Position numbers and translations under genes: made by a program. Shown one piece after another: positions 37,378-50,619 of a stretch of 64,000 nucleotides of DNA. A model generated the notes under the pieces. It was not told the DNA's origin. It saw only the letters and a list, made by a program, of their open reading frames with translations, and made no database searches. This stretch comes from Octopus sinensis. Its lineage: Eukaryota. The stretch lies in assembly GCF_006345805.1 (NCBI RefSeq), contig NC_043013.1:48112001-48176000 (forward strand). The letters are read 5' to 3'. Every line of letters begins with the position of its first letter. The stretch's first letter is position 1.

Positions 37378-37429
37378 AAAGAGCTAATTGAAATTGCCAG
37401 CGTAGGTTGGCAGGACTCATTAAGTAGAA

Positions 37430-37853
37430 GTATCTTTTCGGTTTGAACAGCAGTTTTTTCTAGCGGTGTCATATGAAATTGTCACCCATAATTATGACCC
37501 TAGTATCGATCTATTGCATTTCAATCTGTTTTAGGGTTAGGGTTAGTAAGGGTTAGGGGTGGGGAGAAGGGTATCTTTTTTTCTTCACAAATGTAAATAA
37601 ACCCAACCTGTTTCTTAAACGAGGGACTATTCATACGGCACAGAATGTTATTTACCTCAATGGAAGTCATTGATTGGTTGAAATTGCTGAAATTGAAGAA
37701 AAACAACAAATATCTTGCAAACTATAGAATTTTCTCAATAAAGCTAAGAAAAAAAGATGTTTTATAAACACATTCTACCAGTATACGAAGTTTAAAAGTT
37801 TAAAAGTTACAAAGAAATTATGTTAAAAACTGCCGTTCAAACCGAAATGATCC
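37430..37853 (-). mobile_element. TIR element D, copy 1 (inverted relative to the others)
   Basis: atcttttcggtttgaac...gttcaaaccgaaatgatcc; internal ttagggttagggttagtaagggttagggg. Confidence 0.88.
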
Positions 37854-38208
37854 AAGCAGTGTTCCAAACAGTGCTTTGTTTGGTACACTAGAAGAAAGAA
37901 AAAAACAGTAACTGTGATAATGCGAATAGAAACTATTTGTTGATTCGGGTTATTAGCTTTTCGCGGCAAAAATAATTACAGTAAAAGTGCTTGCAGTGAA
38001 TATAAATGCACTGTATTTTCCTGTAACAAAAATATTTACGGGAAATGTCTGCCACAAAAAGTAACTGTTTCTTAACAAAAAAAAGGAGAAAAAAACCCCC
38101 AGCTGGGAGCAGCAAGTAAAACTTAACAATTACATAATGTGTGTAAGAGCTAAACGTAGTTATACATTATATGACTTGATATTCATCACTGTCACCATTT
38201 TAATGTTC

Positions 38209-38643
38209 GGATCTTTTCGGTTTGACCGGCAGTTTTTTAAAATAATTTCCACGTAACTAAACACTTTTAAACTTCGTATACTGGTAGACTGTGTTTATAA
38301 AACATCTTTTTCTCTTGGCTTTATTCAGAAAATTCTATAGTTTGTAAGATATTTGTTGTTTTTTTCTTCAATTTCTGCAATTTCAACCAATCACTGACGT
38401 CTATTGAGGTAAAAAAAAAAACATTCTGTGCCGTATGAATATGTCCCTCGTTTAAGAAACAGATTGGGTTTATTTACATTTCTGAAGAAAAAGATACCCT
38501 TCCCCCCACCCCTAACCCTAACCCTAACTAACCCTAACCCTAAAAGAGATTGAAATGCAATAGATCGATTCTAGGGTCATAATTATGGGTGACAATTTCA
38601 TATGACACTGCTAGAAAAACTGCCGTTCAAACCGAAAAGATCC
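38209..38643 (+). mobile_element. TIR element D, copy 2
   Basis: ggatcttttcggtttgaccggcag...ctgccgttcaaaccgaaaagatcc; (ccctaa)n at ~38512-38543. Confidence 0.9.
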
Positions 38644-39801
38644 AACAGCTATTCTAAAGAAGTCCATTTAAACTAATTTTTTTTCTACTCTAGGTACAAG
38701 GCCCGAAATTTTTGAGGAGGGGTCCAGTTGATTAGATCGACCCCCAGTACACAACTAGTACTTAATTTATCGACCCCGAAAGGATGAATGGTATAAAGGA
38801 TTATCTGAAGTGTGTTCACGATGTCAGTTTCCAGCTACATCTATTATAGAAAATTCGAAGAAAGTAATAGCTGTCGGTGAAAAGAATTAAGTTGATAAGA
38901 TTAAGTAAGTCTGGGTGCCGTGAGAAAAGGGGTGTTGTAACGTTTGGGGCAGGGTCCTATTTCGGTAAGAGACAACAAGTATTTTGGATGAATATAGACT
39001 TTTGTCGGCACAAATATTAAAGGAAGAAACCTGAACTTCTCAAATTCAGCATTTATAAGATTTGTTTGATTCGAGATGTTATTCAGATCAGTTAATACTG
39101 CTACAACACAGCAGTGAAAGCACCGTATTTTTAAGATTCATTTATTTTTAAACATCGCATTAATCAGTAAAATAGATATTGTTCAATATGATTTCACAAT
39201 CTATAAAAATACGCAATGCTTCTTTAATGTTTATACCGTTTTCAAAGAAAAACACATCTCAAAAGCTGGATTAGGTTTCAATAAATGACCTTTCCATCAG
39301 AAACCGAGAAAATTGGTTGTGATTTTTTTTTTTTAAATATGAGATTTGCAACATAGAAAATGTCACCAAACAAAAATTGCCACAGCTGTTAGTTTGGTTG
39401 AAGTAAATGAAAATGTTGGTAATTAAAAAGTAGGCAAAATAATCCATGACATCAAAATATACATCGGGTTTCAAATCTATAGAAAGCAGAAGATAACAAA
39501 AGACATGTTTACAGAATAGATACATATATAAAGCTTGTGTAGGGGTCTTATATTCTCAGTCACTTAAATGTCACCAAAAAAAAAGTAGGATAAGCTCCTG
39601 CCTAATAGGCCTATGGTTTCGAGACAGACGAACTTTACATTTAAAAACAAATATAATTAGTAACGAAATCAGTTGGTGTTTCAATCAATTATGTATGTTG
39701 AGACTCTTAGAAAAGTGTTATATGAGAGAAAACGAAGCTCCGAGGAATGATGCTTTGATGTAAAAGGGAGGCTGAACTGTGGGTTAGATATAAAATTTCC
39801 C

Positions 39802-40233
39802 GGATCTTTTCGGTTTGAACGGCAGTTTTTAACATAATTTCTAGGTAACTAAAATATTTTAAACTTCGTATACTGGTAGAATGTGTTTATAAAACATCTT
39901 TTTCTCTTGGCTTTATTGAGAAAATTCTATAGTTTGTAAGATATTTGTTGTTGTTTTTCTTCAATTTCTGCAATTTCAACCAATCACTGACGTCCATTGA
40001 GTTAAAAAGCATTCTGTGCCGTATGAATATGTCCCTCGTTTAAGAAACAGATTGGGTTTGTTTACATTTCTGAAGAAAAAAAGATACCCTTCCCCCACCC
40101 CTAACCTTAACCATAACTAACCCTAACCCTAAAAGAGATTGAAATGCAATAGATCGATTCTAGGGTCATAATTATGGGTGACAATTTTATATGACACCGC
40201 TAGAAAAAACTGCCGTTCAAACCGAAAAGATCC
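39802..40233 (+). mobile_element. TIR element D, copy 3
   Basis: Same termini and interior. Confidence 0.9.
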
Positions 40234-40504
40234 AATTTCTGTTGTCCCAGCAATAATTTTCTTTGGCTTAATATTTTACTCCATCATTAAGTGTTTTATT
40301 AAAGGGCAATAGGGACCTAACGAAAACAGGGAAATGTTCAAAATGTATTGGGTCTACCTCCTTGAGTTTGCTTGAGTAGCGAAAACAAAATTTAGAAAAT
40401 TCGCTTTTATTGAATACCATAAGGTTTTCCGATTAAAAAGAAAATTCATTTATTTATATTTGCAAGCAGTCCTTTAAACTGCTTGCATGCGACCATAATA
40501 AGTA

Positions 40505-40720
40505 TTTCTATGATAAGCGCAAGGGCTGACACTTAAGAGGAGAGAGATGGTCGATTACTTTAACCCCAATACTCAACTGGTACTTATTTCCTCGACCTCG
40601 AAAGGATGTAAGGTTAAGGTCGACCTCGGCGGAATTTGAACTGTAAACCTAACTTAACAAGAACGAAATGCCGCTAAGCATTTTCCCCGGCGTGTTAACG
40701 ATTCTTCCAGCTCACTGGCT
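40505..40720 (-). mobile_element. SINE family B2, diverged
   Basis: ggtacttattt...gtcgacctcggcggaatttgaac...aacgattcttccagctc. Confidence 0.75.
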
Positions 40721-40724
40721 TTAC

Positions 40725-41129
40725 ATACTCTTTTACTTGTTTCAGTCATTTGACTACGGCCATGCTAGAGCACCGCCTTTACTCGAGCAAATGGACCCCA
40801 GGCCTTATTCTTTGTAAGCCTAGTACTTATTCTATCGGTCTCTTTGGCCGAACCGCTAAGTTACGGGGACGTAAACACACCAGCATCGGTTGTCAAGCGA
40901 TGTTGGGGGGACAACTACAGACACACAAACACACACACATATATATATATATATATACATATATACGACGGGCTTCTTTCAGTTTCCGTCTACCAAATCC
41001 ACTCACAAGGCTTTGGTCGGCCCGAGGCTATAGTAGAAGACACTTGCTCAAGGTGCTACGCAGTGGGACTGAACCCGGAACCATGTGGTTGGTAAGCAAG
41101 CTATTTACCACACAGCCACTCCTGCGCCT
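40725..41129 (-). mobile_element. SINE family A, full length
   Basis: Reverse complement of family A. Confidence 0.9.
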
Positions 41130-41144
41130 ACATGTGACTATGAA

Positions 41145-41329
41145 AATAATAATGGTTTCAAATTGTGGTACAAGGCCAACAATTGCGAGGGAGAAGGTAA
41201 GTGGATTAAATCGACCCCAGCACTCGATTCGGTCAACCTCGGCGGAATTAGAACTTAGAACGTGAAGACGGACGAAATGCTGCTAAGCATTTTTTCGGCA
41301 TGCTAACGAATCTGCAAGCGCGCCGCCTT
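41145..41329 (-). mobile_element. SINE family B2, internally deleted
   Basis: aataatggtttcaaattgtggtacaaggcc tail to cgccgcctt head. Confidence 0.75.
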
Positions 41330-41744
41330 CACGTGTGACCATAAAAACAATAAGGATACAAAATTACATCTGAACATAATTATCTTCGTTTAATATACTA
41401 CATGCACCTGGTATCCTTTCAAAGGTGGAATAGAGAGTATCTCTTCTTTGCTGCACTTCCATGTAACACCATAGTTTAGTTATTCTTTTCCGCAAGACGC
41501 AGCTTCATTTATCTTCCTTACACCTTTACTTCACCTTCATCATCATTTAAATTAATCCTTTCTCATAGTAAAATATTCAAGATTCGTCCAGAAAAAGATG
41601 ATCTTACACAGTCGTTCGTCTTAAATAAGAGGACACATTTAAGAAAAACGACCTTCTCCAATAAGGAAAGGACATATTCGATTATGAAGTCTTCGACATA
41701 CAGTGAAAACACCACATGTCCTAATGGATACAGTGTTGCACGTG

Positions 41745-42142
41745 CGGGAACGAGTTCGTGGTGTCAGTTGCCGGACGGGGCGGTCTGTTGAGTTCTTGGA
41801 CAAGACAGTTCATTTCACGTTGCTCTGCGATCACTTCAACCTGATGTTCAAACAGCAACAGCCTCCACGAGGCTCCGGCAGGGGGGGGGTGGCTACCCCT
41901 GTTGTACTCTTTTGCCCCAACATTCTCTCACTCGTTCTTCCTGTTTCTTGTCCCCGACTTCCTGCGCAACCGCTGAGCCTGGATGCGCATTCATCCAATT
42001 GTCGATGCTCTCGGTGTCGGGGGTTGACCTGCTTTCTCTTCTGCGGGTCTTACGAATAGCAAAGGACCACGATTCGGCCTTCTCCCATCTTGCGAGCTCT
42101 GGGACGAAGACCGTTCGCTCAACAGCAACAGCAACAGCCACC
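41745..42142 (+). mobile_element. Chimeric SINE: F-like core, family-C middle domain, third tail type ending (caacag)n
   Basis: ttgagttcttggacaagacag..catttcacgttgctc, then ctccacgaggctccggcaggg, then acgaatagcaaaggaccacg...caacagcaacagcaacagc. Confidence 0.6.
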
Positions 42143-42212
42143 TGAGATTCATAATACATTGAAGTGCCGTTTTCGTGAGTAATTACATATCATTTTAATG
42201 TACTGAGAGTTT

Positions 42213-42412
42213 AAGGCGGCGAGATAACAGAAATGTTAGCATGGCAGGCAAAATGCTTAGCGCCATTTCGTCCAAACGCTTTGAGTCCAAATTACACCGA
42301 GGTCACTTTACCTTTCGGGGTCGATAAAATAAGTAGCAGTCGAGCACTGGGATCAATGGAATCAACTTATCTGCACCCCAAATTTCCTGGCCTTGTGTTA
42401 GAATTTGAAATC
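42213..42412 (+). mobile_element. SINE family B2 with 14-bp TSD
   Basis: AATGTACTGAGAGT at 42197-42210 and 42413-42426. Confidence 0.85.
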
Positions 42413-42814
42413 AATGTACTGAGAGTGTATGTATTACTTGTTCTACTACCTTCCTTGAATTTGAAGCTCAGTGTATACTTCCATACCTTGCAAGAAATAT
42501 TTGGTAATATTTTTTTTTTATTGTAAAGAATTCTATTGAGAACATCTAATTACAAACGATATTTTCCACTGCGCTCGAAAGTAAAGTGTTGATTTGGCGA
42601 AACCGGTGGAGTCTCTTGCATTTTGTTTCAAGACTCTATGTTCTGAGGTTATATGTATGTATGAATGCTTATATGTGTTCTATGGAAATAAAAGCTTCAT
42701 TCATCGTGCGAAATTTCACAAAACCCGATTGACAAAAGAAGGCATAATACTTAGTATAACAAAATATTTAATCTCAATATAATTTGTTTGAGTGGGGTGC
42801 ATACACACACATGC

Positions 42815-42906
<92 letters not shown>

Positions 42907-43029
42907 CTTTCACTCATTTCAATCATTTGAATGTGACCATGCTGGAGTACCGCCTTGAAGGATTTTAGTCAAACGAAACGAGCGCGGTGCATATATTTTT
43001 TTAAAACCTGGGATAAATGGAATAGTATG

Positions 43030-43965
43030 TTCCTTGCTTTTTTCTTTTGAAGTCCTAAGTTGTGTGATGTCTCATTTCATTTCCTTCGAGTTTCCATTAT
43101 TTATAAGTTTCACAGGGTAAGTTTGTTTTTGTAAGAAGCTTTTGAGTTCATCACGTCTAATTTGGCGTACTTATGGGTCAGTCACTACGGTGCAGATGCG
43201 TTTTGCCATACTGTATGGGATGTTCCTTTTGATGTGTGAGGAGTGGAAAGAGTAGAAATTTAAATATTGGTGTGTGTCTGTTTTTCTGTAAAATATGTCT
43301 GTTGTGACAGTGGAGTTGCGTATTTTGATGTGAATGTCTAGGAATGGTAGTTCATTGTAGCTGGTTTCTGTTATGAATTTGATAGATGGGTGCAGTGTGT
43401 TGAGGATGCTGTGAAATGTTCGTAGGTCTTCCTTTGGTCTATCCCCAAAAAAGGAAGCAGTCATCGAGGTAGCGCTTCCACTTCTTCACGATGATTTCTT
43501 TGAAGTTGTGATCAAAGGTTTTTCCTACTTCCTCGCAAAATCTACCTTTTAGGTAACCCATGACTAGGTTGGCATATGAGGGTGCAAACTTCGTACCCAT
43601 AGCCGTGCCCTTTATTTATCAGTGTATCCTATTATCAAATCTGAAGGTGCTTTCTTCTAGTACTAGACGAGTGGCTTTCGTAATGAAATTTGTTTTGAAA
43701 CGTTCATCTATACATCTTCTGTATTTCGCTACCCAGTGTTTGACAGCTTCCAAGCCTAAGGTATGCAGTATTTGGTATAGATGTTAATGACGTCCAAAGT
43801 ACCTTCTGGGGCAGTAGTTGGGATGGGTTTGAGAGAGTCCATGTCGTCCCGTATATAGTTGGGTATTAATGGGCTTAAGGTTTTGAAGAGTATGTCCAAG
43901 AGGCGACTCAGTTGTTGCGGTTGGGACCTCCCTTGCTTGGCAAACACCAGAAAATTCTTTATATA
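43030..43965 (-). pseudogene. Penelope RT remnant
   Basis: LSRLLDILFKTLSPLIPNYIRDD; GTAMGTKFAPSYANLVMGYL; LNTLHPSIKFI...LPFLDIHI...TDIFYRKTDTHQYLNF.S.H..HIKRNIPYSMAKRIC. Confidence 0.92.
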
Positions 43966-44080
43966 TATAAAAAGGCGAAGAAATCTAAATTTAGACTATT
44001 TTTTGATAAATCCGGTAGAAGAAGAAAGCGCTAAAATGTGAATAAGATGTAAATAAATAAAAAATATATATATAATTATA

Positions 44081-44490
44081 GGCGCAGGAGTGGCTGTGTG
44101 GTAAGTACCTTGCTAACCAACCACATTGTTCCGGGTTCAGTCCCACTGCGTGGCATCTTGGGCAAGTGTCTCCTGCTATGGCCTCGGGCCGACCAAAGCC
44201 TTGTGAGTGGATTTGGTAGACGGAAACTGAAAGAAGCCTGTCGTATATATGTATATATATATATATGTGTGTGTGTGTGTATGTGTATGTTTGTGTGTCT
44301 GTGTTTGTCCCTCTAGCATTGCTTGACAACCGATGCTGGTGTGTTTGCGTCCCCGTCACTTAACGGTTCGGCAAAAGAGAACGATAGAATAAGTACTGGG
44401 CTTACAAAGAATAAGTCCCGGGGTCGATTTGCTCGACTAAAGGCGGTGCTCCAGCATGGCCTCAGTCAAATGACTGAAACAAGTAAAAAT
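44081..44490 (+). mobile_element. SINE family A, full length
   Basis: Family A head to tail. Confidence 0.9.
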
Positions 44491-44544
44491 AGAAAGAGAT
44501 AATCATCCAACATTCTGACTACCTTATTATTCTAAATGTGTGTG

Positions 44545-44790
44545 TGTGTGTGTGTATGTGTGTGGTGTGTGTGTGTGTGTATGTGTGTGTGTGTATGTGT
44601 GTGTGTGCAACCACCGCTTGACAACTGGTATTGGTGTCTAATCTCCGTAACTTAGCAGTTCAGCAAAAGATACCGATAGAATAAGTACCAGGCTTAGAAA
44701 TGAGATAAATACACGGGCTGATATTACAACTAAAATTCCTCTAGCCGGTGCCCCAGCATAGCTGCAGTCTAATGATTCAAAAGAATAAAA
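44545..44790 (+). mobile_element. SINE family A-like diverged 3' half
   Basis: ccgcttgacaactggtattggtg...ccgatagaataagtaccaggctt. Confidence 0.7.
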
Positions 44791-45837
44791 GATATACATA
44801 TATAAATTGAGGGTTGGATAGGTCTTCTTGATTTCTTTCATCAGTCCTCTCCCAGATAAAACGCTAAATTTTAGATCCAGATATGTATGCTTGGAATAAT
44901 TAACTCTCTTCGCTTTCCTAACAATGGATTAACGATAAAAAAAAAACCTTAGACCGTTCTCATATTCCTTTGGCTTTTACAAACTTCCTGCTTGTTTAAA
45001 CTAGAAGCGTATATTTCGTCGGAGCGAGTCAAATTGAATTTGCTCACTAGCGTTATTTAGAGAAGCAATTTTTTTATCCTAAAACCCAGAACGGTTTGTA
45101 AAAGAATGCGAGGACAAATATAGCATTAATTCAAAACCTTCAAAGCTTTTCACTCTCTCCAATTCTCTTTCAAAATACAAAAAAGTATTTGTTTTTTCAA
45201 ATACTTTGAGTTGTTTCTGGGTCTTTTTTTCCCCTTATTTTCCAGACAAATCCCTTAACCTGTAACGATTTATTTCTTCTTAGTTATTCAATAACTCATT
45301 TTATTTTTACTTTTAGAGACAGGGGTTAGTTTTTGCTTATATTTTCTTCAAGTATTTGCTACTTCTTCAAAGCTCTTTCAATCTTTATATTTCATATATT
45401 ATATTTTTTAAAAGAAAATCAACTTCTTTCCTCTTTTCTTTTGATATTTGTCAGATTTTGTCTTGTGTGTGTGTGTTGCATTTTTTTTTCAGTTACAGTT
45501 TCTCTGGTTCTTTCTTCACGCAATATCTAATGACGGTAGATAACATTTTTATTCTCGGTTTTCGAACTATTGTTTGTTCATTTTCATACGGTTTCTCATA
45601 GTCTAGCCCAGTTTTTTTTTTCCTTCTTCCTCCAAGAATACTTTTCTTATTATTTTCATTGTTACTGTTATTGTAATAGTTTTCTATTTAGATTTATTTA
45701 ACCCGTTTTTTATAACGGCAGCTGTTGTTTGGTCTACCTTCAGCGTTACAATATCAGTTTAGCTACGATATTTTTTATGCGTTTATTCAATTTCCATGTA
45801 TGCATGCAAGTGCTCATCTCATCCCAACTCCCTCCCT

Positions 45838-45900
<63 letters not shown>

Positions 45901-45935
45901 ATATGTACATACACATAAAACGCACCCTCATATAT

Positions 45936-46005
<70 letters not shown>

Positions 46006-46211
46006 CATACATTTGCATATAGATTTGTGTATGTGTATATATATATATACGCCTGCATGCGCGCGCACACACACACACACATACACACTCAAATTTATAT
46101 GCACGTGAATCTATTTGCATATATGCCAGTATGAATAAGTACCTGTAGACATATTCACTCTAGCTTTTATGTTTCCTTTCATGTGTGTGGTGATCATATA
46201 AATACATACAC

Positions 46212-46279
<68 letters not shown>

Positions 46280-47989
46280 GTATGTATATATAGGTATGTG
46301 TGTATGTATGTGTAAACTTACTTGGAAATGGATGCGTGGCGTTCAGTTAAATAATAGTATATATATATATACACATATATACATATATATACATATATGT
46401 ATATATATGTGTGTGTGTGTGTGTATACTGTATACGTTCTATATATACGAAGATTTCTTTATCTCTCTCTCTTCACTCTCTCCCCTCAAAATGTTATCAT
46501 TTGTTTGTTATTTTGTGTCTCTGTTTCTTCTCTCTTTCTGTCTCTCTCTCCATCCCTCCTTTCCCTTCTCTCCCCCCTCTCTCTCTCTCTCTCTCTCTCT
46601 GTTTTTATGTATATAATGTTTAACTCTGTAATCTTTTATCGGCATCCAATATACAGTACAGATTCACATAAGTAATATAGTGAGTTTAAAACTTGCGTTT
46701 TACTAGCAACATCCACACAGTTAGTCGGCAATATCTCCGTGGTGAAAATAATTCAGTGCGCATTCTGCATAGTAAATACAAATACGGTAGGGTCCAATAT
46801 ATGTAATATACAGCTTAGATTAACTGAGATTATCTGTGCAATTAGTTTATCAATCCCTCTCTATGGGTGTTTAAAATTTAAAAACACCACGTATGAAAGA
46901 TGACTTCAACATCATGTAGAATATAGTAACATTTTGCTATGCGAACTTCACCAACTGCGCTTTTTGAAGCTTCACAACTTTTAGTGGGCAACTGAGTGAT
47001 TGAGTCTCCAAATTCTTTAGCCTATTAAGGCACATGGTTCACTATAGCGTGTCTTGCCCAAATCTACTTGACGGAATCCATCTCTAAGCGACGGAATCCA
47101 TCTCTAAAGCGACACAATCTAAAATGAAACACAACTCTACAAGATATCGAGATAATCTTTAATCATATTAATGCACCTCTGCCGCAACTTAGCGCTTATC
47201 TTGGCATCTATTTACGGCTTGATAGACTGGATCAAGTTCTTTTTTTTTTTACTATAGATACGGTTTACCATCAATCATTAAGGTGCAACGTTTAATTACT
47301 GAAGTACTTCTTTTAATATTGTATTCCTTAATCAATTTACAAAATATATTGAGCTAAACACAGAGTTCGTTGAGCCAATAGAGGAGCCTTTCGATTTATT
47401 TTTCCAAATTGGTGGAAATAGCAGCCAGATCTCTCACAGAGAACATTCTATTGTCTCAAAGATGGAGTTACTATTAAATGATGCGATTCAAGATGCATTG
47501 TTTCTGGATGATGATTATCAGGACAAAACGCCTTCATCTTGGGTCAACAAAACCAGTTATAACGTCGGGTTAAAGAAAAAACGCAACAGCTAAAACATTT
47601 TTTAAAGATTTAAGATAATACTAATCATAGGATTGATTCTACCATTTTTTTTTTCAAATCGATCCACTAAATGAAGAACCGATCAGTGAAATATTACTTT
47701 TATCATTTTCGGTACGTAATTAACTATATGAATTAAGTTAATATCAGGTTTAGTAAAAAGTAAGCAACGTTTTGAACCATGAAGGATTTGTACCGGATCT
47801 TTGCAGAGTTTTGAATTTTTTAAAGTTTAAAGGAATGCTTCAAAGAGATGGGTATGAGATCAAACTTACCCCTCTCAGCGATGTGCCACATGATACTGCT
47901 CGGAAAACCAGTATTTTTAAGACAGTATCACTTAAGGAAAAAACTGTAAAGTATTACCCCACTTCTGTATGTGCTGGCTTAGGAGACTT

Positions 47990-48790
47990 TATTGCGGAAG
48001 TTGGAGAGCATGAGGGACGTACCGTGAGATCTCGGTTGTGGAAAGTCAGTTTTGGCATATGCGGACGACATCACCATCATCATGTCTAAAGTGAAACACC
48101 AACAGAGGGTAGGCGATGCCAATTAAGGATTACGAGGCGATGGCAGGTGCTAAGATTAAACGTGATAAGTCAGTCAGCTTGCAGCTCGGCACCTGGAGAG
48201 GCAAGTCGATACCTCCCAACAACGTCGTCGGGCTTTGGACGGAGGGGGTCCGGTTAAGATGCTAGGGGTCTGGTTCGAGTCAGATCTCCAGGAAGAGAAG
48301 AATTGGAGCGAGGTGGCGAGCAGGGTGGCTCACCTTACTTAGACCCGAAAGGTCACAGATGTGTTTATCGCATCTGTGATTGCCTACTGCCTGACCGTCG
48401 TGCCTTGCCCCGATTCGTGGCTAAACAAGATGGGGTGATTGTGCTTCGGCTTTTGCGGAGGGGCAGGGGTCCACTTGTGAGGTGCCATATCTACTGCCAG
48501 CAGCCGCTAAATGGTAGGCTTGGGATGCCTTGGCTGTTGATGCGCAGGTATGCGCTGAGGCTGGGGCATCTGGTGAGCGGGTGTAATCTCCGTTTGTCAA
48601 ACTGATTCTTCCTAAGTTCACCAGTTTTGGTGAGTTAGAACCGTGGATTAAGCGTAGACCTAAGTTGGGATCGTGGCAGGCCGAATGCCGACAGGCTCTC
48701 GCGCTTCTCTCTCGCTCGGGTAATGCCGGTGGCGAGGATTCTACTTCGTCATTCTATAGAGGGTTAATAGAAGCAAAGTGTGATGATGAC
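47990..48790 (+). pseudogene. L1/Tx1-clade RT remnant
   Basis: SVLAYADDITII...AGAKIKRDKSVSLQLGTWRG...PVKMLGVWF...KNWSEVA...GRLGMP; frameshifted. Confidence 0.85.
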
Positions 48791-49309
48791 GTTTTTTATT
48801 TACTACTTTGCACTAGATTCCTTATTTTATACTATCTTCTTTGATTTTTTAGACCCCATTCTTTGTTTTTTTTTTTATCATCTGCACCCTAATTAAATTT
48901 ATTCGGAGCTGATAAGTCTTTTCTTTTAAATTCAATCATCTTAAGTGTATTTTCTAGTTGAGATTCCCTGAAAGATTTCAATGTCATAAAGATCCAGTTC
49001 CATAAATTAGCTTTTTTTTTTTATTCCTGTTGACATAAATTTCAAGAATTTAATCGATGACACACTTGTTATTTCTGGCAGGCATATTTCTACCTTCGGG
49101 TTTATCTTTAGTGAATTTTCGTACAAAGTATTTCTTTATTTGTTACTATCATTATCCCATTTGTTATTTCTTTATATATTTATTATCATCCTGTAGTCTT
49201 ATTTTTACTGTGTATTTTCACTATACTACTGAGTGTGGCTCTGAATGTCATGGCTATGTAGAATGCTTTGTTATGGTTAGGGTTTTGAAAGTACTCTACT
49301 TCATATATG

Positions 49310-50110
49310 TGTAGTGATATGTGTAGTGCCTAGTAATGCTATTTTCCGTATGTTATGCATATTTGTAAGTTCTGGAGTTTTGATTATGTATTTATCTGTA
49401 TTTTTAACATTACTAAGATATCTATTATTATAGGGATTATTTCTGTTTCAACCCTTGTTAGGGTTATCTCTTTTTCCAGATCTTTATATCTAAGTAAGTT
49501 CTCTTTTTCGTTGAGAAATACATAATTTCCTGTAGGAAATGATTGTCCGATTAGAAAGCATATCTTCCCCTAACAGCCTTTGGCAACAATATTTGGTTGA
49601 GTAGTCTTGATCTCGCTTTGAATATTAGAATATCTCAGAATATGGTTGCTTTGCTGTTTTCAGAGACTTTTTCTGGAGTATTCTAATACCATTTCCTTTC
49701 TATTGGCACAACTTCTGCTGTATGTAAATCCCTTCTCCGTCACACTTATGGATTATTTCTTTCTTGACTCAGACAGGAAAACCAAAGTCAATGTGTTTAA
49801 TTGCTTCTTCTATCTTTTGCAATTACTGTGTTCTGCTTCATTGTATATATTGAGTGGTTTCTGATGAGGAGGTGTGATTCCGTGCTGTAGCCAATGCACC
49901 TTCAGTTCTGCGCCTCTCAGCCAGTGTTGCGAATTTTCCTAATCTACTAACACCTTTTCAGGTATTTACCATGTCGAAGCTTTACTTCTCATCACTTTCT
50001 CACGACATTTTGTACTCTCATTTTTATATTAGATTTTAGCCCCTTTTTTTTTACAATCTATGTTGTTTTCAACTGTTTCCTCAAAATTATCTGCTATTAG
50101 TTTTTGCTTT
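49310..50110 (-). pseudogene. R4/Dong-type RLE retrotransposon C-terminal remnant
   Basis: HWLRGAELK, PEKVSENSKATIF*D, RYKDLEKEI, IRKIALLGTTHI on the minus strand. Confidence 0.75.
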
Positions 50111-50146
50111 ATCTGTGCTGCAAGTAGTAGTAGTAGTAGTAGCAGA

Positions 50147-50277
50147 GGTCAATAAATTAAGTACCAGTTATGCATTGAGATCGATGTAATCGACTTAATT
50201 CCTATGTCTGTCCTTGTTTGCCCCTTCTATGTTTAGCCCCATGTGGGCAATAAAGAAATAAGAAATAAGTAGCAGTA

Positions 50278-50313
<36 letters not shown>

Positions 50314-50578
50314 CAGCAGCAGCAGCAGCAGAATTATATAAGGCGGCGAGCTGGCAGAAACGTTAACACACCGTGCGAAATGCTTAGCGGTATTTCGTCT
50401 GCCGTTACGTTCTGAGTTCGAATTCCGCCGAGGTCGACTTTGCCTTTCATCCTTTCGGGGTCAATAAATTCAGGACCAGTTATGCATTGGGATCGATGAA
50501 ATCGACTTAATCCCTTTGCCTGTCCTTGTTTGCCCCCTCTATGTTTAGTCCCATGTGGGCAATAAAGATATAAGAAAT

Positions 50579-50580
<2 letters not shown>
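50147..50580 (+). mobile_element. SINE family B: 3' fragment (50147-50268) and full copy (50342-50580) with (TAG)/(CAG) tracts
   Basis: Family B sequence twice. Confidence 0.88.
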
Positions 50581-50610
<30 letters not shown>

Positions 50611-50619
50611 TGCTTTCAA

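Noticed and set aside
38512-38543. (CCCTAA)n as a telomere or fusion scar
   Set aside because: Only 2-4 units, always at the same internal position of element D.
39271-39500. Minus exon-like DLKPDVYFDVMDYFAYF, resembling ALG11 PDVYIDSMGY
   Set aside because: Short resemblance only; no convincing donor site and no neighbouring ALG11-like exons.
47069-47112. 20-bp tandem duplication acggaatccatctctaagcg
   Set aside because: Simple slippage duplication with no further structure.
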